64,000 nucleotides of DNA from the NCBI GenBank assembly GCA_965199955.1, contig CBDATQ010000001.1:64001-128000 (forward strand), in the 5' to 3' direction. Below are positions 59,267 to 64,000 of the stretch, in pieces. The position numbers were made by a program, and so were the translations under genes. Below the pieces are notes generated by a model. It searched no databases, was not told where the DNA came from, and saw nothing but the letters and a program-made list of their open reading frames with translations. The stretch comes from Spirochaetia bacterium. GTDB lineage: Bacteria; Spirochaetota; Spirochaetia; SZUA-6; Bin103. The first letter of the stretch is position 1, and every line of letters begins with the position of its first letter.

Positions 59267-61738
59267 CTACTCGCCCGGTGCGCCGATCGTGAGAGTCGGA
59301 CCTTCGGGCTCGTCTTCCTGCGCCGCGCGGGCGATGCCCGCTACCGGATGTTCCGGGTCGATGCGGACCACGCGGACGCCCGAGCTGTTCCGGCCCTGCA
59401 CTGGTACCTCGTTGGAGATCGCCTTGAGCACCTTTCCCTGCTCGGTGATGCACACGACGTCGTCATCGGCGTGGGTCGAGGTGATGCCCGCCACCAGACC
59501 GGTCCTGTCGTGGGTCTTGTAGCAAATCTGACCCATCGTACCTCTCCCGTGCGGTGTGAAAGAGCTGTACGCTATCCGCTTTCCGTAACCGTTCGCGGAG
59601 ATGACGAACAAGCGCTGGTGGTGGTCGACCGCAACCGCGCCGACCACGGCGTCGTCCGGCCGCAGCCGCATGCCGCGGACGCCACGGGTCGCGCGGCCCA
59701 TGGAGCGAATCCCGTACTCGGAAAAGCGAAGCGCGTAGCCAAACCGGGTCGCCAGCACGACGTCGCTGCTGCCATCGGTGAGCATCGCGGACACCAGGCG
59801 GTCGTCGGGATCCAGGTTGATCGCGACAATCCCGCGGGTGCGGGCATTGGCGAAGTCGGTGGTCCTGACCTTCTTGACGACGCCGCGAGAGGTCGCCATG
59901 AACAGGTAGGTGTCCCCGTCGAATTCCGTGAGCGAGGCCACGGCCGTAACCTGTTCGTCCGCCTCCATACCGAGGAGGGAGCGCAAGTCCTGACCGATCG
60001 CCGAACGGGTCCGATCCGGCAACTCGTGGACCCGCACCCAGTACGACTTGCCGGTGTCCGTTACGAACAGGATGTAAGTATGGGTCGATGCGATGAACAG
60101 GTGCCGCACGAAGTCGTTGCCGGCCACGGCCACGGAGCTGCCCTTGCCGCCCCGGGACTGCCGGCGAAAGGCCGCCACGGGCAACCGCTTGACGATCCCG
60201 CGGTTGGTGATCTGCACCACCACGTCCTCTTCCGGAATCAGGTCCTCCAGGTCGATGTCCGTGATCGGGGTCGCGACGACTTCGGTGCGGCGGTCGTCAC
60301 CGTACTTGCGGGCGATGTCCGCAAGCTCGCGCTTCACCACCGCGAGGATCTTCCTCCGGTCGCCGAGCAGTTCACGGAGGGACTCGATCAGTTCGCGGAC
60401 CTGGACGATCTCGGCCTCGACCTTCTCGACCTCAAGGCTGGTCAGACGCTGCAGCCGCATGTCCAGGATCGCGTCGGCCTGCTTCTTGCTCAACTCGAAG
60501 CGCTCGCGCAGGCCGACGCGTGCTTCGGTGGTCCCGCGCGAGCCGCGGATGATCCTGATCACTTCGTCGATATGGTCCAGCGCCAGCTTCAGGCCGTCCA
60601 GAATGTGGAGGCGATCCTCCGCCTTGCGCAGGTCAAAGCGGGCGCGGCGGACAACCACCTCGCGGCGGTGGTCGACGTACAGCTCGATCTGACTCTTCAG
60701 GTCGAGCACGCGCGGCTGCCCCTTGACCAGGGCCAGGGCGTTGACACTCATCGTGATCTGCAACTGCGTGTGCGCGAAGAGCTGATTGACCGTAACGTCG
60801 CGGTTCGCGCCGCGCTTCAGCTCGATCACGACGCGCATGCCGCGCCGGTCGGATTCGTCTCGCAAGTCGGCAATGCCCTCGATACGCCGGTTCCGGTGGA
60901 GGTCGGCGATCCGCACGACCATGTTGGCCTTGTTGACCTGGTACGGGATCTCCGTGACGACGATCGTCTCCCGGCCGGACTTGAGGGTCTCGAACACGAT
61001 GCGCCCGCGGATGGGGATCCTCCCCCGCCCCGTGTGGTACGCCCCGGCGATGGCGTCGCGGCCGTAGATGATTCCGCCGGTCGGGAAGTCCGGACCCGTG
61101 ATGAAGCGCATGAGCTCGTCGATCGTGATCCTGGGGTTGTCGATGTAGGCGGCGACCGCGCGCGCCACCTCGCGCAGGTTGTGCGGGGGCAGATTGGTGG
61201 CCATGCCCACCGCGATGCCGCTGGCGCCGTTGGCCAGCAGGAACGGGAACGCGCCCGGCAGCACCACGGGCTCTTCCAGCGAATCGTCGTAATTGAGCTG
61301 AAAGTCGACCGTCTCCTTGCCGATGTCGGCCAGCATCTCCTGCGCGATCGGTGCCAGCCGCGCCTCCGTATAGCGCATCGCCGCCGGCGGATCGCCGTCG
61401 ATCGAGCCGAAGTTGCCCTGGCCGTCGACCACGGGGTAGCGCAGCGAGAAATCCTGCGCCATGCGCACGAGGGCGTCGTAGACCGCCTGCTCACCGTGCG
61501 GGTGGAACTTTCCCAGGACCTCACCCGCGACGCGTGCGGTCTTCCGGTACGGCCGGTCCGCACGCAGCCCCATCTCGTTCATCGCGTGCAGGAGCCGCCG
61601 GTGCACGGGCTTCAGGCCGTCGCGGGCATCGGGCAGCGCGCGGCTGACGATGACCGACATGGCGTAGGTCAGGTAGGACGTTCGAACCTCGTCCTCCACC
61701 TGCCGCGGTATGACGCGGCTGCTCAACTCCTCAGCCAT
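59267..61738 (-). CDS. gyrA: DNA gyrase subunit A
   Basis: [27 protein letters not shown] catalytic Tyr, GyrA-box QSRGGKG, C-terminal pinwheel repeats. Confidence 0.96.
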   Translation of the reverse strand: MAEELSSRVIPRQVEDEVRTSYLTYAMSVIVSRALPDARDGLKPVHRRLLHAMNEMGLRADRPYRKTARVAGEVLGKFHPHGEQAVYDALVRMAQDFSLRYPVVDGQGNFGSIDGDPPAAMRYTEARLAPIAQEMLADIGKETVDFQLNYDDSLEEPVVLPGAFPFLLANGASGIAVGMATNLPPHNLREVARAVAAYIDNPRITIDELMRFITGPDFPTGGIIYGRDAIAGAYHTGRGRIPIRGRIVFETLKSGRETIVVTEIPYQVNKANMVVRIADLHRNRRIEGIADLRDESDRRGMRVVIELKRGANRDVTVNQLFAHTQLQITMSVNALALVKGQPRVLDLKSQIELYVDHRREVVVRRARFDLRKAEDRLHILDGLKLALDHIDEVIRIIRGSRGTTEARVGLRERFELSKKQADAILDMRLQRLTSLEVEKVEAEIVQVRELIESLRELLGDRRKILAVVKRELADIARKYGDDRRTEVVATPITDIDLEDLIPEEDVVVQITNRGIVKRLPVAAFRRQSRGGKGSSVAVAGNDFVRHLFIASTHTYILFVTDTGKSYWVRVHELPDRTRSAIGQDLRSLLGMEADEQVTAVASLTEFDGDTYLFMATSRGVVKKVRTTDFANARTRGIVAINLDPDDRLVSAMLTDGSSDVVLATRFGYALRFSEYGIRSMGRATRGVRGMRLRPDDAVVGAVAVDHHQRLFVISANGYGKRIAYSSFTPHGRGTMGQICYKTHDRTGLVAGITSTHADDDVVCITEQGKVLKAISNEVPVQGRNSSGVRVVRIDPEHPVAGIARAAQEDEPEGPTLTIGAPGE

Positions 61739-61825
61739 GTACGATGCCCCTCCCGAATCGGTGATGTGTGCCGGAGCGCCGCGTGGCGGACGGTCCGGAG
61801 CCCGCCCGCGGGTCCCGGCCGCCGG

Positions 61826-63766
<1,941 letters not shown>

Positions 63767-63793
63767 TTACTGTTTCGGCTGCTAAACCCCCAT

Positions 63794-63822
63794 AGATTAC
63801 GGGGTCGCCGAAGAAAAGTAAA
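63794..63822 (-). promoter_or_regulatory. Putative sigma70 promoter of gyrB
   Basis: TTTACT-17 nt-TAATCT. Confidence 0.55.
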
Positions 63823-63895
63823 CCGAAACCGAACATGGATTTGGGCGTTTCGCGACGGGTTCTCGGCAGGACGGCGGCCGCACGATCCGGCGCCG

Positions 63896-64000
63896 CTACG
63901 ACCGTCGCGTAGCCGGCGGCAGGAACTCCCGGAACTCGTACTCCACGCGTCCGTCGTCGGTCACCGCGACCGTCGCGTGTCCGCCGCGCGCCATCCCGTC
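63896..64000 (-). CDS. 3' end of a hypothetical protein (partial)
   Basis: Manual translation ...DGMARGGHATVAVTDDGRVEYEFREFLPPATRRS*, GC3-rich codon usage. Confidence 0.5.
   Translation of the reverse strand, partial: DGMARGGHATVAVTDDGRVEYEFREFLPPATRRS

Overview
High-GC bacterial chromosome segment containing the replication origin. It is most likely a Spirochaetota genome (inference from the L34 C-terminal extension TVSDERKPY, the DnaA N-terminus WDYEVFWNEAL, and co-oriented dnaA-dnaN-recF-DUF721-rpmH-rnpA-yidD-yidC-jag). From left to right: a partial YpdA-like flavin reductase; a MutY lacking the Fe-S cysteines; an nrdAB ribonucleotide reductase with class Ic (Mn/Fe) signatures; an AAA-ATPase + RloB(TOPRIM-like) candidate defence pair; a DMT transporter and a Uma2 pseudogene; a ~14 kb phosphate/polyphosphate cluster (CHAD, ppx, ROK kinase, ppk1, phoU, a two-repeat lipoprotein, pstBACS) with an 11-bp-periodic CTAGCA array upstream of pstS; mutM; a methylaspartate ammonia-lyase remnant; a PhyH dioxygenase; a LolCDE/LolA-like operon ending in tetR; an aldo/keto reductase; ileS; a MerR regulator next to a signal-peptide-bearing haloalkane dehalogenase with a MerR-type promoter; stacked toxin-antitoxin modules; orphan oppDF; tRNA-Leu(GAG); argF, M24 peptidase, nrnA, a sigma-like ORF, rdgB, radA, traB; then the oriC region, parAB with parS, and gyrBA. 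A 127-bp TA-flanked MITE sits in the recF stop codon. Many genes appear leaderless. All calls come from reading motifs by eye; no database searches were run, and several start codons are estimates.
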